From NCBI GenBank assembly GCA_965216755.1, contig CBDCGL010000011.1, forward strand, positions 4,000,001-4,064,000: 64,000 bases of DNA. Direction: 5' to 3'. Shown here piece by piece: positions 1 through 9,036 of the stretch (positions are counted from its first letter, which is position 1; every line of letters starts with the position of its first letter). A program made the position numbers and the translations under genes. Under the pieces are notes generated by a model. That model was not told the origin of the DNA. It worked only from the letters and a program-made list of their open reading frames with translations, and made no database searches. This DNA comes from Alphaproteobacteria bacterium (GTDB taxonomy: Bacteria > Pseudomonadota > Alphaproteobacteria > UBA7887).

Positions 1-567
1 ACCACACTGGCACTTAAAAAGCCTGTGTTGGTGGTCTGGTCATATGGCGGCTTCATCGTTTCCGATTACCTGCGGTTCTATAGTGACGATGACATTGGCG
101 GCGTTGTCATGGTGGCTGCGGCCACGAAGATCGGCACCGACGATGCGCCGCGTTTTCTGGGCGATGGGGTCCTCGAGATCCTGCCGGGCATGTTGTCGCC
201 CGACTACCGAACCCAATTCAATGCGACAGTCGGCTTTGTGCAGGTGCTGACCGCCGAACCCTTACCGCATGATCGGTTTCTTGAAGCCATCGGCATCAAT
301 ATGATGACGCCGCCGGCCGTGCGTCTGGGTTTGGTGTTGCGTGAAGTCGACAATGACGATGTTTTGGCGCAGATAACCGTGCCGGTTTTGGTCAGCCACG
401 GCACCGCTGATCGCATCGTTTTGCAAGCCGCAGGCCAACATACGGCGAAACTCGTGCCGCACGCGACCGAGTCATATTATGAGGGTATCGGTCACGCGCC
501 CTTTATCGAGGCGACATCGCGATTCAATAATGAACTCGTCGAATTCGTGACATCGGTTCAACCTTGA
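1..567 (+). CDS. alpha/beta hydrolase (non-heme haloperoxidase/esterase-like), 5'-truncated by window edge
   Basis: Frame is open from base 1 (TTLALKKPVLVVWSYGG); nucleophile elbow W-S-Y-G-G, HGTAD acid motif and GHAPF catalytic His. Confidence 0.85.
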   Translation, partial: TTLALKKPVLVVWSYGGFIVSDYLRFYSDDDIGGVVMVAAATKIGTDDAPRFLGDGVLEILPGMLSPDYRTQFNATVGFVQVLTAEPLPHDRFLEAIGINMMTPPAVRLGLVLREVDNDDVLAQITVPVLVSHGTADRIVLQAAGQHTAKLVPHATESYYEGIGHAPFIEATSRFNNELVEFVTSVQP

Positions 568-619
568 CGCTCACGGTCGTCCCTGCTGCGCGATACAAAT
601 CACAACGCGGCGTTCGCTT

Positions 620-1963
620 GTGAGCGCCAATCCGACGAGACTATCGGGGTGGGGGCGCTATCCGGTGGTTTCGTGCACGTTGCGCGATGCCAGCCCTGGG
701 ACGGATCCGTCCAAATGGTTTGACGTCGCGGATACGGTCATCGCGCGCGGCAATGGGCGGGCCTATGGTGATGCCGCGATCAATCCGGCTTTGACGTTGT
801 CTATGTTGGGCCACAACAAGCTGCGCCATTTCGATCCACAGACCGGGTTGCTGACTTGTGAGGCGGGCGTCCTGCTCGATGATATTCTGACCGTGTTTGT
901 CCCGCGTGGGTGGCTGCCGGCGGTGATGCCGGGGACCAAATTTGTCTCGGTCGGCGGGATGATCGCGGCCGACGTCCATGGCAAGAACCACCATCACAGC
1001 GGCACCTTCGGCCGTCATGTAGAGGACATTGAATTGGTCGCCGCCGATGGTGCGGTTCTGGCGTGTTCGCGCGACTCGCACTCTGAGATTTTCCGCGCGA
1101 CACTTGGCGCCATGGGGCTCACCGGCGTCATCAGGTCGGCGCGATTTCGGCTGATGCCAATTGAAACCGCCTATTTGCAAGAAGAAACCCACGCGGCTGC
1201 GGATTTGGACCAAGCCATGGCGCTATTCGAAGAGTCACGTGACTGGCCGTATAGCGTCGCCTGGATCGATTGCCTGGCGCGCGGCCGCAAAAGTGGCCGC
1301 GCTTTGGTATCGCGTGCACGTCCGTTAAGACGCGATCAACTGCCGCCGCCGCTGCAAGCTGCGCCACTGCGGTGCCACCGCCAAGGCGGTCGTCGGATTC
1401 CGTTTGATGCGCCGGGCGCGGTGCTGAGCGGGCCGACCGTGCGACTTTTCAATTGGGCGTACTACACGAAAGGTACGGTTCTCGCCGGCGAACGGATTGT
1501 CCACTATGACCCGTTTTTTTTTCCTCTGGATCGGCTGTTGGAGTGGAACCGACTCTACGGGCGGCGGGGTTTCGTGCAGTTTCAGTGTGTGCTGCCGAAG
1601 GCTGAGAGCGCGCGGGGGCTGGCCGTCCTGCTAGAGCAGATCGCGGCGGCGAGGCGCGGGTCGTTTTTGGCGGTGCTGAAATTGTTGGGGCCCGAAGGCG
1701 AAGGCGCGATGTCATTTCCGATGGAGGGATATACTTTGGCGCTCGATTTTCCGCTTCGGTCCGGAACTTTGGCGTTACTTGCGACGTTGGAGAAAATTGT
1801 TTGCGCCCACGGCGGGCGTATTTACTTGGCCAAGGATGCGTGCGGATCGCCCGATGGTCTACGGGTTGGCTATCCGCGGCGCGGCGCTTTTGACGAGCTA
1901 CGCCACGCCGTTGGCGCCGCTGAGAAATTCGCGTCCGACATGTCGCGCCGGCTGGCGCTATGA
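620..1963 (+). CDS. FAD-binding oxidoreductase, DprE1-like (polyprenyl-phospho-ribose 2'-oxidase)
   Basis: Motifs RGNGRAYGD, PGTKFVSVGGMIAADVHGKNHH, LAVLK, GYTLALDF, YLAKD match the DprE1 family; coupled to the downstream SDR. Confidence 0.85.
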   Translation: MSANPTRLSGWGRYPVVSCTLRDASPGTDPSKWFDVADTVIARGNGRAYGDAAINPALTLSMLGHNKLRHFDPQTGLLTCEAGVLLDDILTVFVPRGWLPAVMPGTKFVSVGGMIAADVHGKNHHHSGTFGRHVEDIELVAADGAVLACSRDSHSEIFRATLGAMGLTGVIRSARFRLMPIETAYLQEETHAAADLDQAMALFEESRDWPYSVAWIDCLARGRKSGRALVSRARPLRRDQLPPPLQAAPLRCHRQGGRRIPFDAPGAVLSGPTVRLFNWAYYTKGTVLAGERIVHYDPFFFPLDRLLEWNRLYGRRGFVQFQCVLPKAESARGLAVLLEQIAAARRGSFLAVLKLLGPEGEGAMSFPMEGYTLALDFPLRSGTLALLATLEKIVCAHGGRIYLAKDACGSPDGLRVGYPRRGAFDELRHAVGAAEKFASDMSRRLAL

Positions 1964-2703
1964 GTGATCCGGCGGGACCGGCGCTGATCGTGGGCGCGAC
2001 GTCGGATATTGGTCGCGCCATAAGCCGCGCGTTGGCCGCGCAGGGCTATGCGTTGCAACTGGCCGGGCGTAACATCGAACTCTTGTCGCGCGAAGCCAGC
2101 GATTTGGAAACGCGTTATCGGGTGCGGGTCAGTTGCCATTCTTATGACGCATTAACAGTGCCTGCCGACGTCGATGTCTGGGCGGCACTCGATCCGTTAC
2201 CAGAGATCGTGGTCTGTGTTATTGGCTTGCTCGGTGTTCATGCCGAAGATCAGCATGACTTGGATGCGGCCGAGCGGACCATGATCACCAACTATCTGGC
2301 GCCGGCACGACTGATGGCTGACTTCGCCAACCGGTTCGCCGCACGTGGTTCGGGCACGTTGGTTGGTGTCAGCTCTGTCGCCGGTGACCGGGGCCGAGCC
2401 AGCAACTACATTTATGGTTCGGCCAAAGCCGGGTTCAGCGCGTTCTTGTCTGGACTGCGCAATCGCTTGGGGCGGCAGGGCGTGCAGGTGGTGACGGTGA
2501 AACCTGGCTTCGTGCGAACGCGCATGACCGCCGGCAAGAGCTTGCCGAATGCGCTGACCGCAACACCCGAAAGAGTCGCGGCAGCGGTTGTCGCGGCTAT
2601 TGATCGCCGCCAGGACGTCGTTTATGTGCTGCCGATATGGCGTCTGATCATGTGGATCATACGGGCCGTTCCCGAGCCCATTTTCAAACGGCTACGGCTG
2701 TAA
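1960..2703 (+). CDS. short-chain dehydrogenase, DprE2-like
   Basis: GATSDIG, SSVAGDRGRASNYIYGSAKAG (YxxxK), VKPGFVRTRMT; ATGA overlap with the dprE1-like gene. Confidence 0.85.
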   Translation: MSDPAGPALIVGATSDIGRAISRALAAQGYALQLAGRNIELLSREASDLETRYRVRVSCHSYDALTVPADVDVWAALDPLPEIVVCVIGLLGVHAEDQHDLDAAERTMITNYLAPARLMADFANRFAARGSGTLVGVSSVAGDRGRASNYIYGSAKAGFSAFLSGLRNRLGRQGVQVVTVKPGFVRTRMTAGKSLPNALTATPERVAAAVVAAIDRRQDVVYVLPIWRLIMWIIRAVPEPIFKRLRL

Positions 2704-2736
2704 AATCGTCTCCAACAGTATTGAACGCGTTGAATT

Positions 2737-4563
2737 GTGTCCCCGCTGATCGAACTTCGTGATGTTGCTGTTACGTTTGGCGGCGCGCCATTATTTGCGG
2801 GCATCGATTTGCACGTGGTGCGAGGCGACCGTTTGGCGCTGGTTGGGCGCAACGGCAGCGGCAAGACCACCATGCTCAAGCTCTTGGCTGGCTTGGTGGA
2901 ACCCGACCGTGGCCGGCGCAGCTTGGCCGCCGGCGTGCAAATTGGCATGCTTGCGCAGGATGTTGATTTTGGTCGCGCGCGGACGCTGGCGGACTATTTG
3001 GCGACGCCCGCGCTGGCCGGGTCGCAGCAACCGCCGCGGCATGAGATTGAAGCGAGCCTGGCGGCATTGGGCTTATCGCCGGATCAACCGTTCGCGAACC
3101 TTTCGGGCGGCGAAACGCGGCGGGCGGCACTGGCGAATGCGTTGGTTGGCAAACCCGATCTGCTGCTGTTGGACGAGCCGACCAACCATCTGGATCTCAC
3201 CGCGATCATATGGTTGGAACACACCCTGGCGGCCTATCCCGGCGCCATTGTCATGATCAGCCATGACCGCAGTTTGTTGCGGCGCGTGGCGACCAACGTT
3301 GTCTGGCTCGATCGGGGTCAATCGCACCGACTGCAGGCCGGATTCGACCAATTCGATGGGTGGATGGAAGGCATCATTGCCGAGCAGGTCCGCGCCGAGC
3401 ACCAACGCGATCGCAAGCTGGCGCGCGAACTTGCCTGGTTGCACAAGGGGGTCACGGCGCGCCGACGGCGCAATCAAGGGCGGTTGCGATCGCTGCAGGC
3501 CCTGCGTCGAGAGCGACAGGCAACATGGCCGCGTCGCGGGTCCGCAAAGCTTTCACTGGCCGCGGCGCCGCCATCTGGTGATGTCGCGATCGAGGCCGAG
3601 GCAATCACCAAGTGGTTCGGTGACAAGGCTGTCGTCAAGCCCTTCTCAATCCGCGTGATGCGCGGTGACCGCATCGCCCTCATCGGCCCGAATGGCGCCG
3701 GTAAGACGACCCTGGTGCGTTTGTTGGTCGGTGACATGTCGCCTGACACCGGCCGTGTTCGCCACGGCACGCGGCTGCAAACGGCCTACTTCGATCAGCG
3801 GCGGGAGGCGCTGGACGAGGCGCAGACACCGTGGGCATTCCTGTGTCCGCGCGGCGGCGATCACGTCGAAGTCCGGGGCCGGTCGCGCCACGTGATCGGC
3901 TATTTGCGCGATTTCTTGTTTGACGAGGCGCAAGCGCGGATGCCGATCGAAGCTTTATCTGGCGGTGAACGCAGTCGTCTCTTGTTGGCACAATTGTTCG
4001 CGCGCCCGGCGAATCTGTTGGTCCTGGATGAGCCGACCAACGATTTGGACATGGAAACCCTGGATCTGTTGCAAGAGGTAATTGCCGGATTTGACGGCAC
4101 TGTATTGGTAGTCAGTCACGACCGCGACTTTATCGACGGATTCGCCACCAGCACGATCGTTCTTTCGGAGGACGGGCGCGCGGAGAGTTTCGTTGGCGGC
4201 TTCACCGATTTGCCGGCCGCGGTTCGGCCCGGCGGACCCGCGGCTAAGCCCGATGTGGCACCTAACCCGGGCAAAAAAGCTCGCAAGGGCCCGCGTCCGC
4301 GAACCCGCCTGAGTTACAAGGAACAACGAGAGCTCGATGCCTTGCCTGCCCTGATCGAGGCGCATCAAGGTCATATCCGAGATCTTGAGGCACAGCTTTC
4401 AGATCCTGATCTGTTTGCCAGGGACGGAGACTGTTTCGCCGCGGTGACGGCGTCATTGGCGGCACGGCGGGCGGCGCTGGATGCGGCCGAGGCGCGTTGG
4501 CTGGACCTAGAGGAAAAACGAGAGCAATTGGCAGATGCCGCCAAGGCGGATGTCTCCCGTTGA
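2737..4563 (+). CDS. uup: ABC-F family ATPase Uup
   Basis: Two ABC domains (GRNGSGKT, LSGGE, LDEPTNHLD; GPNGAGKT, LDEPTNDLD), linker GVTARRRRNQGR, C-terminal LSYKEQREL coiled coil, no TM segments. Confidence 0.9.
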   Translation: MSPLIELRDVAVTFGGAPLFAGIDLHVVRGDRLALVGRNGSGKTTMLKLLAGLVEPDRGRRSLAAGVQIGMLAQDVDFGRARTLADYLATPALAGSQQPPRHEIEASLAALGLSPDQPFANLSGGETRRAALANALVGKPDLLLLDEPTNHLDLTAIIWLEHTLAAYPGAIVMISHDRSLLRRVATNVVWLDRGQSHRLQAGFDQFDGWMEGIIAEQVRAEHQRDRKLARELAWLHKGVTARRRRNQGRLRSLQALRRERQATWPRRGSAKLSLAAAPPSGDVAIEAEAITKWFGDKAVVKPFSIRVMRGDRIALIGPNGAGKTTLVRLLVGDMSPDTGRVRHGTRLQTAYFDQRREALDEAQTPWAFLCPRGGDHVEVRGRSRHVIGYLRDFLFDEAQARMPIEALSGGERSRLLLAQLFARPANLLVLDEPTNDLDMETLDLLQEVIAGFDGTVLVVSHDRDFIDGFATSTIVLSEDGRAESFVGGFTDLPAAVRPGGPAAKPDVAPNPGKKARKGPRPRTRLSYKEQRELDALPALIEAHQGHIRDLEAQLSDPDLFARDGDCFAAVTASLAARRAALDAAEARWLDLEEKREQLADAAKADVSR

Positions 4564-4588
4564 CCTGGACCACTTCGGCGCTTAGCTA
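4560..4588 (+). promoter_or_regulatory. putative sigma70 promoter of rnpB
   Basis: TTGACC (4560-4565), 17-nt spacer, TAGCTA (4583-4588), about 7 nt before the rnpB 5' stem. Confidence 0.5.
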
Positions 4589-4595
4589 TGAGCTG

Positions 4596-5007
<412 letters not shown>

Positions 5008-5109
5008 ATTCCCTGTCCCATGACATCCCATGCTGGTCCGTGTTCCAGGGTCGATGTCGGACGAGCGGCCGATTGGCGGCCACAAGCCGGTCAACATTCT
5101 TCCAATTGC

Positions 5110-5124
5110 GAACATACATCGAAC
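5110..5124. promoter_or_regulatory. putative alphaproteobacterial LexA (SOS) box
   Basis: GAAC-ATACATC-GAAC is an exact GAAC-N7-GAAC in the rnpB-mraZ intergenic region. Confidence 0.5.
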
Positions 5125-5262
5125 ACAAATGCGCCCTATTCGACAGCTAGCGTATGACGCGACGAATTCATACTAAACCTAGAAAGCTGCAAATTGAACG
5201 GTCTGACAATCTAAGAGATTCGCGAAGAATCATTTGGTCTGCTTTTCAAATTTACTGTTGAA

Positions 5263-5297
5263 GCCCGATTGGCCCCATGATATCCCATGCTCTCCCA
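5263..5297. promoter_or_regulatory. MraZ-binding direct repeats (dcw box)
   Basis: GCCCG/CCCCA/TCCCA/TCCCA at a 10-bp period (TGGGN on the minus strand) upstream of mraZ; a second pair lies at 5016-5030. Confidence 0.7.
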
Positions 5298-5415
5298 AAT
5301 TCGCACCATAGAGTGGCTGTGACGGGGCGGTCCGGTGCGACGGACGCGACCGCCATGGCCGGGTCAAATAGGGTCGAGGGCACAGTCCGGTTGGGTCCGG
5401 ACGACGGGGAGACCA

Positions 5416-5904
5416 GTGAAATTTTTCGTCGGAACGCACAGGAACAAAGTCGACCGAAAAGGGCGCGTGTCGATTCCGGCTGCGTTTCGCACGGTTCTGG
5501 GCGTCGAGAGTTCATTCTATGCGTTTCCGTCTTTTGCCCATGACGGTGTTGAATGCAAAACCGAAGCGTTCATGGAAATGCTGAGTGAGCGCGTCGATTC
5601 TTTGGACTTGTTTTCGGACGAGCAAGATACGCTCGCCGAGCAGACGTTCGCCCGCAGCCATTTAATGACCTTCGATCGCGAAGGGCGGGTGGTGATTCCT
5701 AAAGAGATCCTTGATCACGCCGGCATTGACGGCGAAGTGATTTTTGTTGGCAAGGGGAAGGCGTTCCAAATCTGGGAGCCTGCCGCACATGAAGCTTACC
5801 AGAAAGCAACGCGGGAACGTGCCCCTGCCGACCGTCAGGCGCTACGTCGGCGCCCCCGGGCCGATAATCTGGGCAGAGTTGGGCCCGTGGAGAGTGGCAC
5901 GTGA
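5416..5904 (+). CDS. mraZ: division/cell wall cluster repressor MraZ
   Basis: FVGTHRNKVDRKGRVSIP and FDREGRVVIP (two DxxGR repeats), FQIW; GTG start at 5416 after GGGGAG. Confidence 0.95.
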   Translation: MKFFVGTHRNKVDRKGRVSIPAAFRTVLGVESSFYAFPSFAHDGVECKTEAFMEMLSERVDSLDLFSDEQDTLAEQTFARSHLMTFDREGRVVIPKEILDHAGIDGEVIFVGKGKAFQIWEPAAHEAYQKATRERAPADRQALRRRPRADNLGRVGPVESGT

Positions 5905-6896
5905 CCGATGAGTTACCCTCCCATCGCGTCGGTCACGTGCCCGTTCTTTTGGACGCGGTCGTTGCTGCCATGGCACCCCGTGACGGGGCGTCGTTTGTGG
6001 ATATGACATTTGGAGCGGGGGGCTATAGCCGCGCCATATTGGCGGCTGCGGCGACGCGTGTTTGGGCGATCGATCGCGATCGCACCACGCACGCTTATGC
6101 GCAGGCGTTGATGGCGGAATTTGGCGATCGACTGACCTGGATCGAGGGACGTTTCGGTGACGCGCGACGGTTGCTGGCCGGGCATGGCGTTGACGCCGTC
6201 GATGGTGGCGTCATGTTTGATCTGGGCGTCTCGTCAATGCAAATCGACGAGAAGGCACGCGGTTTTTCGTTTCGTCATGATGGCCCCCTTGACATGCGTA
6301 TGGGGGATGCCGGGCTGAGCGCGGCGGAAGTCGTCAATAGTTACGAAGAACGTGAGCTGGCGCACATTCTTCGTCGTCTTGGCGAGGAACGTCGCGCCCG
6401 GCGCGTTGCCGGCGCGATCGTTCGCGCGCGGCAAAAGCGGCCCTTTGCGCGCACTGCGGAATTGGCCGACGTGGTGCGCGCGGCAGTGCCGCGCGCGGCC
6501 GACGGGATCGATCCGGCGACGCGCACATTCCAGGCCCTGCGAATACACGTCAACGATGAGCTTGGCGAGCTCGGTCGTGGTCTCACGGCCGCAGAACAGT
6601 TGCTGCGGCCGGGCGGACGCTTGGCGGTGGTCTCGTTTCATTCATTGGAAGACGGTGCGGTCAAAAGGTTTTTGCGGGTGCGCAGCGATGCATCGGCGCG
6701 GCCGTCGCGCCACATGCCGGCGCCTGCCGTGACGCGGCCGCCATCATTTCAGCTGCTCAATCGACGGCCGATACGACCAAGCGCGGAGGAGGTGCGCCGC
6801 AATCCGCGTGCCCGATCCGCCAAATTGCGCGGCGCGGAAAGAACCGGCGCTGGCCCATGGTCGGATTCGGGCACGTCGGAGGGGGGACGATCGTGA
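5901..6896 (+). CDS. rsmH: 16S rRNA m4C1402 methyltransferase RsmH
   Basis: HVPVLL, DMTFGAGGYS, DLGVSSMQID, PLDMRM, SFHSLED, NPRARSAKLR. Confidence 0.97.
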   Translation: MTDELPSHRVGHVPVLLDAVVAAMAPRDGASFVDMTFGAGGYSRAILAAAATRVWAIDRDRTTHAYAQALMAEFGDRLTWIEGRFGDARRLLAGHGVDAVDGGVMFDLGVSSMQIDEKARGFSFRHDGPLDMRMGDAGLSAAEVVNSYEERELAHILRRLGEERRARRVAGAIVRARQKRPFARTAELADVVRAAVPRAADGIDPATRTFQALRIHVNDELGELGRGLTAAEQLLRPGGRLAVVSFHSLEDGAVKRFLRVRSDASARPSRHMPAPAVTRPPSFQLLNRRPIRPSAEEVRRNPRARSAKLRGAERTGAGPWSDSGTSEGGRS

Positions 6897-7276
6897 TCCG
6901 GCGTTCGACGATCATTTTGCTGTTGGTTCTGGTCATGGCCAGCCTGGGTTTGTACCGGCTGAAATATAGCGTCCAGGGGCTCGAAATCGCTTTCGCCGAC
7001 TTGGAACGACAGGTCGCCGAGGAGCAAGAAGCGATCCATGTTCTGGACGCCGAATGGGCACATCTCAATCAACCGGAACGGTTGAGTGTCCTGGTTGCGC
7101 GTTACTTGCAGTGGTCGGCGATCGAAGCCAACCAGTTTGTCGCGATCGACGGTCTGCCGTTACGCGACACGCGCGACGGTCAAGTCGATCAGGTACTGAC
7201 ATTGTCGCCGAAACAACCTGACGTGGCCGCGACAAATGACGGTGACATGTTTGCCAAGGTGGGGGGCAGGCAATGA
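6893..7276 (+). CDS. ftsL: cell division protein FtsL
   Basis: Single N-terminal TM, coiled coil, AEWAHLNQPERL; lies between rsmH and ftsI; GTG start chosen at 6893. Confidence 0.88.
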   Translation: MIRRSTIILLLVLVMASLGLYRLKYSVQGLEIAFADLERQVAEEQEAIHVLDAEWAHLNQPERLSVLVARYLQWSAIEANQFVAIDGLPLRDTRDGQVDQVLTLSPKQPDVAATNDGDMFAKVGGRQ

Positions 7277-9036
7277 TTGGTCCGATAATTAACGATCAAC
7301 TTGCTGCGCGGCGCGTGGCGTGGGAACGGCGGCGCCGTCCGCGCGCGCTGCTGGGTCTAGAAACGACGAACAACGCACCCGAAAGTGTCAGCCGAAGCCG
7401 TGTAATGATCATGGCATTGCTTTACGCGATCGGGTTTTCGGTACTGTCGGGAAGACTGGTCATGGTGACCCTGCTGGATAGTGGTGGCACACAAAGTACG
7501 CCGCCGGCGGTCGCACAGTCGCCGACAATGATAGCACGAGCCGAGATCCTCGATCGCAACGGCATCGTTCTCGCAACCGATCTCGAAACACAATCATTGT
7601 TCGCAGACGCGCGTTTGGTGCGCGACCCAGCGCGTTTGGCGACAGCCTTGGCGGCGGAGTTCCCGGAACTTGATGTTGCCCGCCTCCGTAACAAGTTGGC
7701 ATCAGGCCTCAGTTTCGTTTGGCTCAAGCGAAATCTGACGCCGCGCCAAGTATTCGCGGTGAACAGCCTTGGCCAGCCGGCATTGGCCTTCAAGAGCGAA
7801 AAGCGGCGCGTCTATCCGCAAGGCCGGTTGCTGTCGCATGTGGTCGGTTATACCGATGTCGACAATCACGGGCTGGGCGGCGTCGAAGGCGCTTTTGATG
7901 ACGAATTACAGGGGGCGCCCACTTCGCCACTGCGTTTGTCGCTCGACGTGCGATTCCAGCATGTCTTGCACGACGAGTTGTCGCGCGCGATGGATGAATT
8001 CCGCGCTGCTGGGGCGGCCGGTTTGATTGTCGAGGCGACCACCGGTGAAGTTGTTGCCATGGCAAGTTTGCCCGATTTTGATCCCCAAGATCCGGGTGCG
8101 TCGGACAAGGCAAACTTGTTCAATCGGGCGACTCTCGGCGTTTACGAGATGGGATCGACCTTCAAGGCAATTACAATCGCGATGGCGCTGGAGTCCGGTG
8201 TTGCAACAATCCACGATGGCTATGATGCGTCGACACCGTTGCGGTTAGCGCGCTATACGATTCGCGACTACCACGCCAAGAATCGGTGGCTTTCGGTGCC
8301 GGAGATCCTGATGTATTCGTCCAATATCGGCGCCGCAAAAATGGCCTTGGATGTTGGCGCCGCGGGCCAGCGCGCTTTTTTAGACAAACTCGGATTGCTG
8401 GCGCCGCTCGGCATTGAACTCGAAGAAGCGGCGCGCCCAATCATGCCCGATGGTTGGGGCGATGTGACCACGGCCACGGTTTCCTTCGGCCACGGCGTTG
8501 CGGTCAGCCCCTTGCATCTTGCGCGTGCTTTCGCCGCCCTGGTTAATGGCGGCGTACTGCACACAACGACGGTTTTGGCGTCGACCGTCGGGCCAATGCC
8601 GGCGCCGGTGCGCGTTGTGACTCCTCAAACATCGCGGCAAATGCGACGTATGTTGCGGTTGGTTGTGGCTGAAGGCACGGGCCGTCAAGCCGATATTGCT
8701 GGCTATCTGGTCGGTGGCAAAACTGGCACGGCTGAAAAAGCCGGCGAACGCGGTTATGATCGCCGTCGTCTTCTGTCATCGTTTGTCGCGGCGTTTCCGA
8801 TGAGCCAGCCGCGGTATGTCGTCCTGGCCGTGCTCGATGAACCGCAGGGAACCGCAGCCACGCACAACTACGCGACCGGCGGCTGGACGGCGGCGCCGGT
8901 CGTCGGGCGCATTATCGCGCGGGTTGCGCCGATGGCTGGGATTTTGCCACTGCCACCGACGGCGCCAGAGGCGGTAGAGGCCAACGCCCTACTGCCGCGC
9001 CCGCAGCGCGACGGGATACAGCTTGCAGCTTACTGA
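7273..9036 (+). CDS. ftsI: peptidoglycan D,D-transpeptidase FtsI (PBP3)
   Basis: RAEILDRNG, RVYP, GSTFK (SxxK), SSN (SxN), KTGT. Confidence 0.96.
   Translation: MIGPIINDQLAARRVAWERRRRPRALLGLETTNNAPESVSRSRVMIMALLYAIGFSVLSGRLVMVTLLDSGGTQSTPPAVAQSPTMIARAEILDRNGIVLATDLETQSLFADARLVRDPARLATALAAEFPELDVARLRNKLASGLSFVWLKRNLTPRQVFAVNSLGQPALAFKSEKRRVYPQGRLLSHVVGYTDVDNHGLGGVEGAFDDELQGAPTSPLRLSLDVRFQHVLHDELSRAMDEFRAAGAAGLIVEATTGEVVAMASLPDFDPQDPGASDKANLFNRATLGVYEMGSTFKAITIAMALESGVATIHDGYDASTPLRLARYTIRDYHAKNRWLSVPEILMYSSNIGAAKMALDVGAAGQRAFLDKLGLLAPLGIELEEAARPIMPDGWGDVTTATVSFGHGVAVSPLHLARAFAALVNGGVLHTTTVLASTVGPMPAPVRVVTPQTSRQMRRMLRLVVAEGTGRQADIAGYLVGGKTGTAEKAGERGYDRRRLLSSFVAAFPMSQPRYVVLAVLDEPQGTAATHNYATGGWTAAPVVGRIIARVAPMAGILPLPPTAPEAVEANALLPRPQRDGIQLAAY

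Noticed and set aside
25-51. V-W-S-Y-G instead of G-x-S-x-G in the hydrolase
   Set aside because: Single-base difference (GTC versus GGC) with the catalytic Ser retained; too weak to call.
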